Shown in pieces: positions 12,725 through 25,542 of a stretch of DNA of 64,000 nucleotides. Position 1 is the stretch's first letter. The number at the start of each line of letters is the position of its first letter. The stretch comes from Convolutriloba macropyga (lineage: Eukaryota): positions 18,104,001 through 18,168,000 of the forward strand of contig NC_134468.1 of assembly GCF_964194025.1 (NCBI RefSeq), written 5' to 3'. Made by a program: the position numbers and the translations under genes. The notes under the pieces are model-generated. The model saw nothing but the letters and a program-made list of their open reading frames with translations, was not told the DNA's origin and made no database searches.

Positions 12725-15700
12725 CAAAAATCAAATATAAACTGGCTCGATTTTTGTCCAACAATAAATAATTTGTCTTTTCTAATAAGCGGTATAATAC
12801 CGCGTAATAAATCTGACTGGAAGCCTTCGCATAAAAATACAAAAAATATAATTAAGTCAGGGATTTCGAAAACTATTCGTACACCAAAGAAAAGTATGAA
12901 AAATTTTGAATAATCTCTAAGAACCGTATCACAAAAAAACCATTTCTCTTATATAATGGACATTTTTGCTTGGTTGTAACTTCTATTATTTCGAGTCAGA
13001 ACAAGTAAACTTAATATGAGCTCATTATATGCACAGATTCAAAACAAATATTCAATTGCGTCAATCAACGTTTAATAGTTGCACTCCCATCATTCGGGCT
13101 GGGAACAACTGGGCTGGGACAGCCTATTCAATAAAAAATCTCGATCTGTCCAAAATCATTCCACCAAAAACTAAGTACATGCCCATCGTTGAATCAAGCA
13201 ATGTGACTGAGGAGTTTCAAATGAAGGACTTGTTCATGCCAAACTTGATTTGAATGCATCAGGACACAGAATAATTGGTAAACCAAATGTGTTTAGAACC
13301 CTGCAATAAAAAATGTTTTTGACCAACAATCTTTCTCTTTCATTTTACTAAAATAGTTCCTTGTAAAATTTTCACTCAAGTATCTGCAACCAACATAGAA
13401 TTGCAAAATACACAAGACCCAGACTACTGAGCCCGCTTTGAGACAATTCCTGAAGTTAATTTTCACAAGGGATAATAATGTAAACCTCCCACGGAGCTGA
13501 TTTCAACCAAATGTTTCCAAGGAACAGAAAACTGTTATTTATTAACACCAGGCATTGTTTTCGCATCAACTGATATTGTAATTAACAAAAAAAATAACTA
13601 CATTCTACTTGTTAAAATCAAAATGAACCTATCTTTCTATTTTTCTCATTCTCGATAAAGCTGGTTTACAGCAACTTAAACATTTTTTGATGACTGTAAT
13701 GAAGATCAAATAAAAGATTTAGGTTCGGAATTCATCAGAGGGACTGCTGCAACGAAAAAGGCCTTGAGTGCTCTCAAGACCATTATTTTTTGGGGTATCA
13801 ACCACCGACTACTCAAGCAAAATTGAGTAATGGGCGGCATTCTGAAGATAGTGTGGTCTAATCGATTGTAGACAACATAGCTAAAAAGACAAACCCACCT
13901 GATATTTGAGGCTGCACCTAGCGAAAACCAAACTGTTTGAAGTACTTGATGGGTAATATTTCTTGCATTCTATTCATGTGGAATGATATCTGACTGGTTG
14001 GGTTTTATAGTGAACATCTGCCACCACTCATTTTCTCCTCCGCTTCTCTTATTTATGTTATCGGTTGCTTCCTAGTGAGAACTTGGTATAGTTCTCAACA
14101 TTGAAGTCACTTTTTTCTGCTTTGACTCGCTCAGGTAGAGCAATTTGTGCATCGTAATAAAAAATTTAATTTCGAGAAAGGTTGCAATTTTACAATGCCT
14201 AACATTATACTAGCTCACTCAGATGTGGCTTAGCCATACTTTAAATAGTCGAGAGAAAAAAAACGATGGATTTATTGGGAAGGGATGAGCGTACAAAATT
14301 AAGAGACAAACAAAGTTGGCTTAAGACATTAAGTTTAGCGAGAAAACGAAAAATAAGAAGCAAACAGATTTTTAACACTTTGTTGCTTATTTGGTCATAG
14401 ATGCCGATTCCATTATAATGATCTTTCTGCAGAAAATGGGCTGTGGGCTATAGTATGACAACATACACCAACGTGCGTTGAAAAGAGTTGCTGGAAAGTT
14501 ATCCATTTGTCGGGTTTCGGGTGGTGGATTAATGGCCAGATATCGGAAAGCTTTGCTAACACTTTAGCGCCATCTCAAAATTGACTATGCTTTTTCAATG
14601 GGCTTGGATATTTTTAAAAGAAAAAAACGACAAGCAAGAGAGGAACTGAGGGCTTTTGTTTAAATCTGAACGTAAATTGAGATAACCGCAATTGTTGAGA
14701 TAAATTAGCTGATTGAAACATTCCTTTTTACTGTTTTTCTGATCAAAAAAATTAGGTTGAGAAGCATCTATTTTAATTGTTCTATTTTTATTTTCTGCTT
14801 CACCATGTTTCTCTGCAATTGGATCGCACAAATGATGGTTAAAAAGTAATTTCAGGTAATTTTCTAACTGGGTTAGGAAAATCAAAACTGCTTGTATTTT
14901 TGTAATAAATTATAATTTGTAATTTTTACTGTTTCAGATCAAAATTTTGAGTTTAATACACGCAAGAGATTTTGAATTTTGAGCTTCTTAGTATTTCCAT
15001 CACGGAAAAACTGAAATTGCGCTATTACAAATCTTTGCTTTGATGTCTATTTTTAAAGCAGCGATAGCATCTCAAATAAGTTGAAAAAAATAATCATTAC
15101 CCAATGATTGCACTCGTCAAATTTAAGCATCAAAATAAAGGATCAAAATTCATCACAAGTATTTCGAACATCGTCGGTGGTCATAACAGGCAAGTAAAGT
15201 TAGCACCTTATAGGCGCCAGTGTAGACTCAGTTTCCGCGCCAGCGGCCCATTGCCGGAATTGGGCTGTGCTAATTATTAGTCCGAACAGGTGTTGTGATG
15301 GATCGCCATTTCCGATACATGGAGGACTAAGTTCAGGCAGAAAATCACCAATTCTGTGAATATTCACTGCCCATTAACTTGGACAAGAGTTAGGATATAA
15401 TTTTAGAGGTCAGAAGTAGCGATGAAGAGTCCTAAATGCGGTTATGATTACAGGGAGAAGTTAATCATTAGCTAATGACATTTTCAAAACCCTTAATTTG
15501 TCAAGTAAGGCTGAATAAAAGACTACCAATAAGACTTCCACAAATTAAATCGATCATTGATGAGACATTCTCAGTTTCTTGATCAATCGACGAACAATTT
15601 ATTGATAATTATACTAAAAAAATAAATCCCTTTTTTGTCTTCTTACAGTCTTTTGGTTCAAACATGCTTTCATACTTAAACAATAAATTTTAACAAGCCG

Positions 15701-16658
15701 ATGTTAAATAAATCATAATTATTTATAATTTATTTATAATTATAGTCAAGGTTTAAATCAAACACGCTAGCACCCTTGAGCTGCGTGTTTGATTTAGAAA
15801 GCCAAGAAACCAAGAAACAATTACTTCAATATGAATATACTATAAAAAATATTTTTTCAACTTTAATTAGAACGAACTTAGCGCCGTAAATATTGAGATT
15901 AATCTAAATGTGGACAGAAATAAGATTTAAAAAATTGACAAAATTAAAATCTTCGCTGATACTTTCATAAAACAAATAAAAAGAGGCCCTAGATAACAAG
16001 GTTCTCTTATAGTTCCGAAAGAAACAATTGAATATTTGATTTATAAGACGAAGTCATGAGGCTCCAAAAGGAAAGAGAAGTGCAAGCAAAAGAAAAGAAA
16101 TCAACTAATGTTTACGAAAACATATCATCAAAGCCATAAAAACGATGATCGTTTCTCTGTTTTAATATATATTCATTTGGCCCCATTTTGTTTTAAGTAG
16201 GATCTGGCCTTATATAGGCCTTGATTTGAAATCATTCTTCTCAGTAATCAAATACAAAAACAAAAATATTTTTAAAGAGACCTCGAACCAAAACAATCCA
16301 AATAATTATTGATTGTCAGAATCCAAGATGAGACCAAAGCTATCCGGATTTTAATGCGCGTCCAACACAAACAATTAGTTTCACCATATTTTTTTCGAAA
16401 TATATCAATTAGCAAATGAAATATTTCAATAAACCAAAACTAAAGAATGCATTTTGTATAATTATCGAGTTATGAAATACCGAAAAAATTTTACTTCCAG
16501 AACACTTCTATGGTAAGCGATTGTAGCCTTTCTTTGCGTTCTCAAAGATTGTCAAAATAGTTGTTTGGTCTCCATTACCGGCATATTTAAACAAAAAGGG
16601 ATAAAAACGCGTAATTGGAGCCCTTCTTGATTCTAAAAATTAGACTAAAATTAGAAAA

Positions 16659-17354
16659 ATTTAGCAAAAAATATTAACCAAAAGACTCAGATAAAACAAA
16701 TCAGCCAGTTTCGTTTATCCCTAAAGGTAAGATCAATAAAATTCTTGTTAACAAAGTTTTCATAATTTTGCAAAATTGTCAAAAAAATATGGTGAAAAAC
16801 GCAAAATTTCAATAAAAACAACGGATTTCAGTCTACTTTTCACAAAATTTTTACACAATGATAACTCCCTGTAAAAAGGGAAAAGCAAAAACTCTCTTTA
16901 ATTCCATATTGTGCGCTGGACGGGTTTCAAAAACTCTCTTTAATTCCATATTGTGCGCTGGACGGGTATTTAGCAAAAAATATTAACCAAAAGACTCAGA
17001 TAAAACAAATCAGCCAGTTTCGTTTATCCCTAAAGGTAAGATCAATAAAATTCTTGTTAACAAAGTTTTCATAATTTTGCAAAATTGTCAAAAAAATATG
17101 GTGAAAAACGCAAAATTTCAATAAAAACAACGGATTTCAGTCTACTTTTCACAAACTTTTACACAATGATAACTCCCTGTAAAAAGGGAAAAGCAAAAAC
17201 TCTCTTTAATTCCATATTGTGCGCTGGACGGGTTTCCTAACAATACCCCTCGCAGCTCTCTACGGTGAACATATTTTCGGCCAAAACTGACTGAACAAAA
17301 AAAACCGTTTGAGAATATAGTTCCTTCCCGCACAAGTGGGTCGGAACAATAAAA
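16659..17354 (-). mobile_element. Family 1 Helentron-like element, 5' portion, with nested local duplications
   Basis: Minus strand begins TTTTATTGTTCCGACCCACTTGTGCGGGAAGGAAC (subTIR plus partial IR), followed by the family core. A ~270-bp segment is duplicated (16659-16928, 16968-17237) with a ~40-bp extra copy between. 3' terminus not found; left boundary approximate. Confidence 0.7.
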
Positions 17355-20300
17355 GGATGGGTTCTAACAGGTCTTCTAAACACTTTCGATCGACTCAAAT
17401 AGTGTCAAATTGATTGAGTAACAAGTAACAGCAACTTGAGAACAATAACTCTAGAAACGTTTGAAAAACTGAGCTTAAATTTCAATCAACAAAAAAATGT
17501 TTCAAAAAATTTGAAATCACTATTTATACTTCAATATGTTCATTCTTATTAGAGGACGTAAATACTGCTCAATGTCAATGAATGAGTGAATTTTTGACAA
17601 ATTTTTGATTTTTTTTTATATATTTTGTCATAGTATGTTGTGTTGCGCTTCAAGTTTTATAACCTGAGGATATCCTGCGGATACCAAATCAGGTTTGAGA
17701 CGAGCCCTCTGGAGTGTTTCATATTATCAACAGCTAGTGACACTTAGAGCTTTTTTACTTCTCTGAATCTCTATTGCAATGAATGCAAGTTAAACCATTC
17801 AATTGGGATATTTAATAAAAAGTCTTTAGGCAAGATTTTTTATGGCTTTAAATAATTTTTAAAACTAAGAATTGATTTGGAGGTAATCTTTAACAAATTT
17901 CAACAAATCCAATCCAATGTGAGACCTCGAACCATGGATGAAAAATTGACCGAAAAATCACAATCTGTGCCATTAAATAAAACTTAACAATTGGCAGCTC
18001 AAACAATGCTTTTTGTTCGAACAGAGAAATACGAAATCTGTTTTTTCTTAATGTTCCGAGTGAAATTTTTATTGACAACGAGTGACATGTCGTTTTCTCA
18101 ATCCTGAGTCCAGTTTTCTGGTGGAAATTAGAGCTATAATTTAGAACGGGAGAGTAAATCCTTAAAACTGTTTAATTTTTTTGTGTGGAAAAATCGGGAA
18201 TTTTAAGAAAAAATCACTATTAAACGATTTTTCCTAGAAGCAAAAGTACTGCATATGCGGTCCAATTTTACAGGTCTCTATGCAAGAATTTTTTCCATGT
18301 TGCTTTGGGACTTAAAAACATCAGACTTTTTGCTGCTAATTAAAAACGTTTCACAAATAAAACTCCTGCATTTTCTTCGCTTTGTCCCTCGAGATCAAAC
18401 AATTTTCTGGAATTGACGTCCAGATTTACTTTGGATAAAATTTTTATTTTTAACAATGAAAAAGATCCTTTCTCTTGAAACGTAAAGATAAGGCGATAAT
18501 GATCAAACTTAAAAACGCAGTCCGTCGGAATGTCTACAAAAGGTCTTTAAGTAAATTTGGTCGGCAAAAGTCTTTAAGTAAACTCCACATTCTAACAACA
18601 AGCATTGAGACCGCAGTCTGCTTGAAATGACTAGTTTGTAAAAGTTCAAACAATTCTTTTAGAAACGATAAATGTTATTTTAAGAATATGTGTATCTTTG
18701 TTAAGTAGATGCTACATTTAAAAATTTTGATGAACATTTGGTTTGCCACAGGTTATAACATTTTATGCTAACGCAATTTATTGTCAAACTTTATCTCTAT
18801 TAAATTGGTGACTGATTTCACTTGGTAAAAAAATGTGTGTCTAAAGCATTCATTTAATGAACATGGTAAGTTTTTACCATTCACCAACATAAGTATTACT
18901 TTGTTATTATTTGACCAAATCCGCTAATTTTTTTATAGGGCGATATTTGAAACCAAACAGCTCCAAAATTTTTTTTGAAAATAAATGGTTGAAAAATTGA
19001 TGTTAAATGGCTGAAAAAAAACTCAAATTGGTATCGAACCTGAGAATATTGTACGATTTGCAAAAAGGTTACAAAAACCGTTTTGAGCTAACTTTAGGTG
19101 TTACGCTTTTAAAAATGAACAATTTTAGATCTAAAGAAAATCATTTAAAAACCAAATTTCAAGAATTTTGCTGATATTAACGCAAAGAAGCCGTAATATT
19201 TTCAATAATGGATGTAATAACCAATTTAAGCATCCGCTTCTTGTTAAAGAGAAAACTAGGAACATGAAATTTTTTTGGTTCAGGTTATCAACAGTGCCTT
19301 TTTTGGAAACAGGACAGTTTACAACTTTATGTTTGTGATTCAAAAAGATCAACGCAAAATCACGCTTATTTCAAAAATTGAACTTAGTTTCTGATAATGA
19401 CTTCCAGGGAAACAAGAATGATCAACTGATCGAAAGTTGAACCATATTTTTTTCTTTATTTGGCGATCATGGAAACTTAAAAATCAAGTACTCGACAAAT
19501 TCTTGTCACTCAAACGAAAAACCAATAAATTTTGTATGTAAACAATTTTTTGTGCATTGTATAAGTTCTTTTACCAAGTGCAATGCATTTCCGCTTCTTC
19601 AATTTTGAGCAAATGATGTTTAAGAAAAACTGACAAATTGACGTAGTTAACTTTTTATGAAATTTTTAAACGAATTCTGTTTGGAAAATAATCTCTCGGA
19701 TTAGAAAGTAATACTTTATTAAAGATGCCAGCAAGTACTTTGAAATATACGCTCCAATTGACTAAAAATCTTGAGTCCAAAAACTTATAAAATTTTTTTA
19801 AGTTTAAGTTTCCCATAAAGGCAATAAAGAGTTAAAATTTAAATAAGATTGAACAGAAAATAACTATTTGACGTAGAAGAATTTATTGCCAACGTAGTCC
19901 AACAAACTAATAATCCCGCTTCTTCTGATAGTTTTCAAGTGGTGCTAAAAGATGAGGCTCGAGATAATCATAATTGAAGACAATAATTGAATTGACTTTG
20001 ATAGATCGAGCTTAGGAAAGTTTAGAAACCGCATGATTGCCAAAATAGGGACATGACAATTTTTGATTTTTTGTCGCAAAAATCCTAAAGCAACTAAATA
20101 AACAATTTAAACATCAGCAAGGTATTTTCTTAGGTAGATTAATAAAAAATATCAAGCAAGCGAAAGCTGAATTTGGTCCATTTGATCAATAAATTGAAAA
20201 CTGTTTCAAACTGAAAGCTAGAAGCTTAAAAAATCAGAACGTTAAATAAATTAGCTAGTCTAAAATTTCCCTGACAAGTTCAGTTATTCAAAATACGTAG

Positions 20301-23300
20301 TTGAAAAAAATGATTTCTATCAGATTTAATGATTTATATCGATTGCTTTGAAGTGATACCTGATTCAAAATTGATCTGCACGAAAACTGTGTATCGCATT
20401 TAAATAGCTCATTTATTCCTAAACTGCACAGAAACTTTTAGCGAATGAAATGTGTAGCAATAAACAATACCAAAAAACTATTCTTCATAGCAAAACTGTT
20501 TTATTATAAAAGAAAGTCATACACTATAGTACAAAAATTCTATTTACAGCATAATTTCTGCTTTTAAAGCACGATTCGTGTTTCATAAACATAATTTGAA
20601 TTCAAAAAAATTAGTTAACGCTGCTTTACAAGATCCCAAATTCTCATTGGAGCACATTAGAGTGACTCATAGCAGTTTCTCTTGCTGCGATATAATTCCC
20701 AGAGGTATATTTAGAAAATTTCTCAAAAAAACTGGTGTTGTTTCTAGAACTGCTGCAAAAAAATCAGTTTGAAGAAAAACGCAATTGTTTTCGTTCCGAA
20801 TAGTAAATTTATTTTCTCAAGAAGCTTCTTACTATATAGCAGAAAGTTTGTTTCACTGATTGAACTAGAGTGCGCATCTCCAATAATGGAATTGTTTGAT
20901 TTTTCGAAGAAATGGTACGATATCTCTTAAAAAAACACAAAACATTTGAATTCGGACAAGCAACCACTCATGTTTTGGGGTGCAATACGATCAGTTGGAC
21001 GGCAAATTCGAGTTATTTATCCGAGCAAGCTAAACTTAGTCGATTATTTAGAAGTTTTTGAATAATTACGAAGAAAAAAATGCATTTTCAATTTCTCACT
21101 TTTCAACATGATAGTTCTGTTCATAAATCGAAGATTATCGACAATTTTCCCCAGAAAAGGTCTGGAAGTCACTGGAATGGCCAGCATCAGTCCAGATCTA
21201 ATTACAACTGTGAACTTAGGTGCCATTTTGAAGCAGCGATTATGAAAACGTTTTTTTTTGGGAAAGTTTAGAAGAAAAAGTCACAAAATTGGAGCGAAAT
21301 TGACGCAGATGTCGTTAGAATACTTAGTGAAACTATACAAACCGTCTGTTAGACCTTTAAAAGCTGAAGGTGTAATGACGCGTCATTAGAAAACAAATTT
21401 GAGCTCAAAATGTAGTATTATTTGTTGCTTGTAATGCTTTTTTAAATCTTTAGGTGTACGTAGCTTTTTGGTACCATAGTACATGGACGTTCTTTAATAT
21501 TGCCTACAAACTACTTTTTGTTTTAGTTTATTAATTTCATCAAATCAATTCTAGCTGTTGAAAAAGTTTCTGGTTTTTTCGTTAAAGCAAAGTAATTCGA
21601 AATTTTAAAGTATATTTGGAGTTACCCAAACTGCTACAGAAAGGCTGAAAATTTTATACTTTTTGCAAAACGCTGTCAAATTTCTACTTTACATTCCCAT
21701 GTTTAACCAGCATGTATTTATCTTATTGATACCTTTAAAGTACCGTTATAGCGATATAAAAACAATGTCGAGAAAACAGTAATAACCGTTAAACTTGGGA
21801 AACATCAAGAAATTGTGTGAAAAACGCGTTGGAATAACTCGAGATCAATACAAGACCTGTCGTTTCGTTCTTCTCCGAGAATTATTTCCTGAATTCTAAA
21901 TGAACAGATCAATGAAATATCTGCGCCATTTAACAAGAGACTTGAAGTTAGACCATTAATCAAAGCCATTAATTTCTCTCCAGTGTGATAATTAATCGAG
22001 TTGCAAGTTCAAGGAAAGACTATCGCAGCGCATTCTTTACTTACATGAGAAATTCTTTTGTCCCCCAACCACATTTGCAAATATTTCCAAACTACTGGTG
22101 AAGCATATATTATCCGTGAAGCAATACTGAGCGAGTTTTCCCCGCCCACTATTTATGACAATTTTTCAGCCTAATATTATATCCGCTCATCCCAAAAGCG
22201 CATGTTTTGTAGAGCAATAAATCTGGCTCAATTGGAATTGATTTTGAGATGAGGGGTAAATTGGGAGAAACAGAGGGGGGCTGCGGAGATATGCTGTCTG
22301 ATAGACTTCCCCTTCATGCCTCCAGATGAATTACCCCTCCACCACTCCCCCTCCCCTCGAACTGTACCCATCACCCACCCGCTGACTTTGCTCGCTCTAA
22401 GTGGTAAAGTGTCTCCTCAGTTAGACAAACAATACCTGGTATCAATTCGACTAATCCGCGGGGGGAGTGGATTCACTTGATTAAGTCAACTGCGCCTCAC
22501 TGCCTGCTGATGAAGGGAAAGAAAAAGAAAGAAATTTGAGACTCCGAACTTCGTTGGAGTTGTAGTTTAACCTACCAGTTATAAACCAGTTAGTAAATGT
22601 CGCCCAAGTTCAATTCACTTATCCCATCTACCCGCCCTGCCCGAAATTCTTGGTTCTATTGATTTGATTAGTTGGCCAGCAGCGATTGCAATGACCTTCC
22701 CACATAATAGTCACAAATTTGGTGCTTCCCGGCTCAAACAAATAGTCAATTAGGTGAACGAAAATAGAATGGGTTAACAAGTGTAAATATGATAGTAGAG
22801 AAGGCAGCGTAATGTAATCACTTTTACAATGCACGTGTTTGACCAATATCAGGATAGGAGAAAGAGGTCGTTTCCATATGGCTTAACAGTCAAGTACATC
22901 ATATCGTTAGAGTACCCTAAACTTTGGCTGAATTTTAAAACCCTACGTAAAAACTTAAGTACACCTCTAAGCACCGCTGGGGTGGGGGTATGACAAAATA
23001 ACCAATGCCAAAATACCCAATGTACCAAAACGCAGAATGCCATGATACCCAACTTTTTACCTTTGATTTTTAGGAGTTATTGTTAATATGACCAATTTAG
23101 CGGCGTACTGCATAATTTTAGAAATTGAACTTGGTTTCAACGTCAAAAGATTACACATGAGCATTAATAAAAATCCTCCCAGCTCTGCCACACCTTAAAA
23201 AACTTATTGATGAAACCTCAAGTAAAAATTAGACAAATTGTTAACTGCAAATCATCATGATCAAACTTTTGAATCTGAATATCCGTTCCTATTTATCTTT

Positions 23301-25542
23301 CAATTGTACAAGGAGGAGCCGGAAAGCATGAAAGAAAAGGCCCGATGTACAGTAAAAGCCGCCAATGCTTGACAAACCAAGCAAATCAGTATGCATTGTA
23401 GTTTTTTACTCCCTCCTAACTTTGATGGCAATTGTTTTTGATAGGCACCTAGACCGATCAAAGAACATGATAAAAACATCTGAAGAGAATCTTTTAACGC
23501 TCTAGTAAACTTGTTCAGTTCCTATCAATAAAACAAAGTCCTGCCCACGAAAAGCTCAATCATTTTTAATTGATTCAACCAACTGAACTACACCATCGTA
23601 CCAAAACAGCTGCGTGCACCTGGAGATTTTTTTTGAAAATCGTCAAATCGGCAAATAAAGCAACAATTTAATGCTAATTCAACTATCTAAATTTTGTTTT
23701 AATTTTCTTAGACGGTTTATGTGGTTTTTATATAAGTATATGGAGATGTTTTTGTCAATTGCACCGGAAATTTCCAAAATTTTCTGAATTTCTGCAAAAA
23801 AATTATGTTTTCAAAACCCTCGCTTCAAAATTGTCCATATTTTTTTCTGTATTCGGAGCACAAGCTGGGAATTTCAGGGCCCCCACTTATTTTCTATTAC
23901 TTTTGGCTCATGTCCAGGTTTCTTATGTCGCAAATTCGTCTTAGTTTGCCTCTAGAAGGAAAAATTATGGTTCACCCTGATGCTCTCCACAGAAGTTTTT
24001 GCATATTTCAACTTGTTGGGATTTTCAACGTCTATTTATTGAGTTTTAATTTTTCATTAACAACTAGCACTTCGTGCTTAACGACTTGGCAAGCACTAAA
24101 TGAACAAAGCTGTTTAACTATTTTTTCTGTCTGTGCGAAGAAACGAAAATGACATTGCTTTTACAACTTCAAAATAACAATCCTTCTGTTATTCCTAATG
24201 AGCAGAAATGATGCTTGAAATAGAAAATGGTGCTGTTGCATGATACCATAGATAAACCGGAAAAGGCAAAAAAGGTTGACAACAGTAAACTCGTTAAAAT
24301 CAATGAGCTATTTACGAGCAATAAAGAGCATCAAATATCTGACAATTTTAAGCAGTTCTATTAAATTACCTTCCCTGACAATATTTTTAATGACCGTTTG
24401 GGACACTGAAATGACAAAAAATTTCATAAATAATACGCAGACGACAAAAAAAATTAGTAGCTACCAGAGGGTAAACAAAATGAGTTACCAGGCATTTTAT
24501 TGAAAAATAATAGAAAATTAATATATGTCAATGCTGCACATGTCTATACAGCATTTGATGCCCTGGCAAGAGTTTATTTTCAAAAACAACAAGAAATATT
24601 ACGATGTTATCACATTTTTTTTTATTTTTCCATAATCGCAATTTCCGCGAGTATGTTTCATAAGAGTGCAATATTGATCAATTTAATTGTTTAATTAAAG
24701 TTAATGATTCCGATGGTTTTTATTTCACAGATTTCTCATGGACGGTACTGATATTTTTCATCCTGCCAATTTGCCAGGTGATTTTGATTTTCAAGAAATG
24801 ATGAAATGAAGTTGATTGTTGTCTCTAATTTTGCCGAGTACTAATTTTTGACGCTTCGTTTTTAGTTTTTTAATGACAATGACAGCACTGAGTTCTATCC
24901 GTGGCTTCTAAAAATAGTTTTTCTATCCGAAACGATTGTTGCTTTTTGCAATATTTTTTTTATTCTAATGCTTCTGTTATCAACAAGAAATCGAATTAGA
25001 ATAGAGTGGTGAAATTGGCCAAGTGAAACACAATAAAAGGACAGAAAAAGTGAACAGTTCTGAGTACTGACCTGACAGTTTTCACATCACTTTGAAACTT
25101 GGAGTGAGAAAACAGATTTCGATTTCTCAAGGGCGATGTGCACTCTTTTTGCACGCTTTGTCCCGATAAAATCTCGATAAATAATGTTGCGATTGATTTT
25201 CAAAATCTTTATTTTCTTGGTAATTAGAAGCCTTATTTTTGCGTCCTCTCAATGAGACGTCTTCTCAATAAAATATCGAGCTTTCTGTATGACTGCTATG
25301 AGCTAACAGTTCAATCGTGTGAAACATATATGTTTCTGATCATATATGGTTCATATAAGGGAAAAATTTACGGTTTCATCTTATGGATATTGAAGATGAC
25401 AACCTCTAATTTTAAGGTGAAAAGATGTCGACCACACTCTCCGATATCGTTAGATCGTGTCCGGATTGATTTTAATGTTATTTACATGAATTTGAAATTA
25501 AGATTTGAAGTCGAAATTCAATTTCCGCTTTTGGCGTTGCAG

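Noticed and set aside
13029-14030. Possible decayed coding sequence
   Set aside because: Multiple stops in all frames read, and no family I can recognise.
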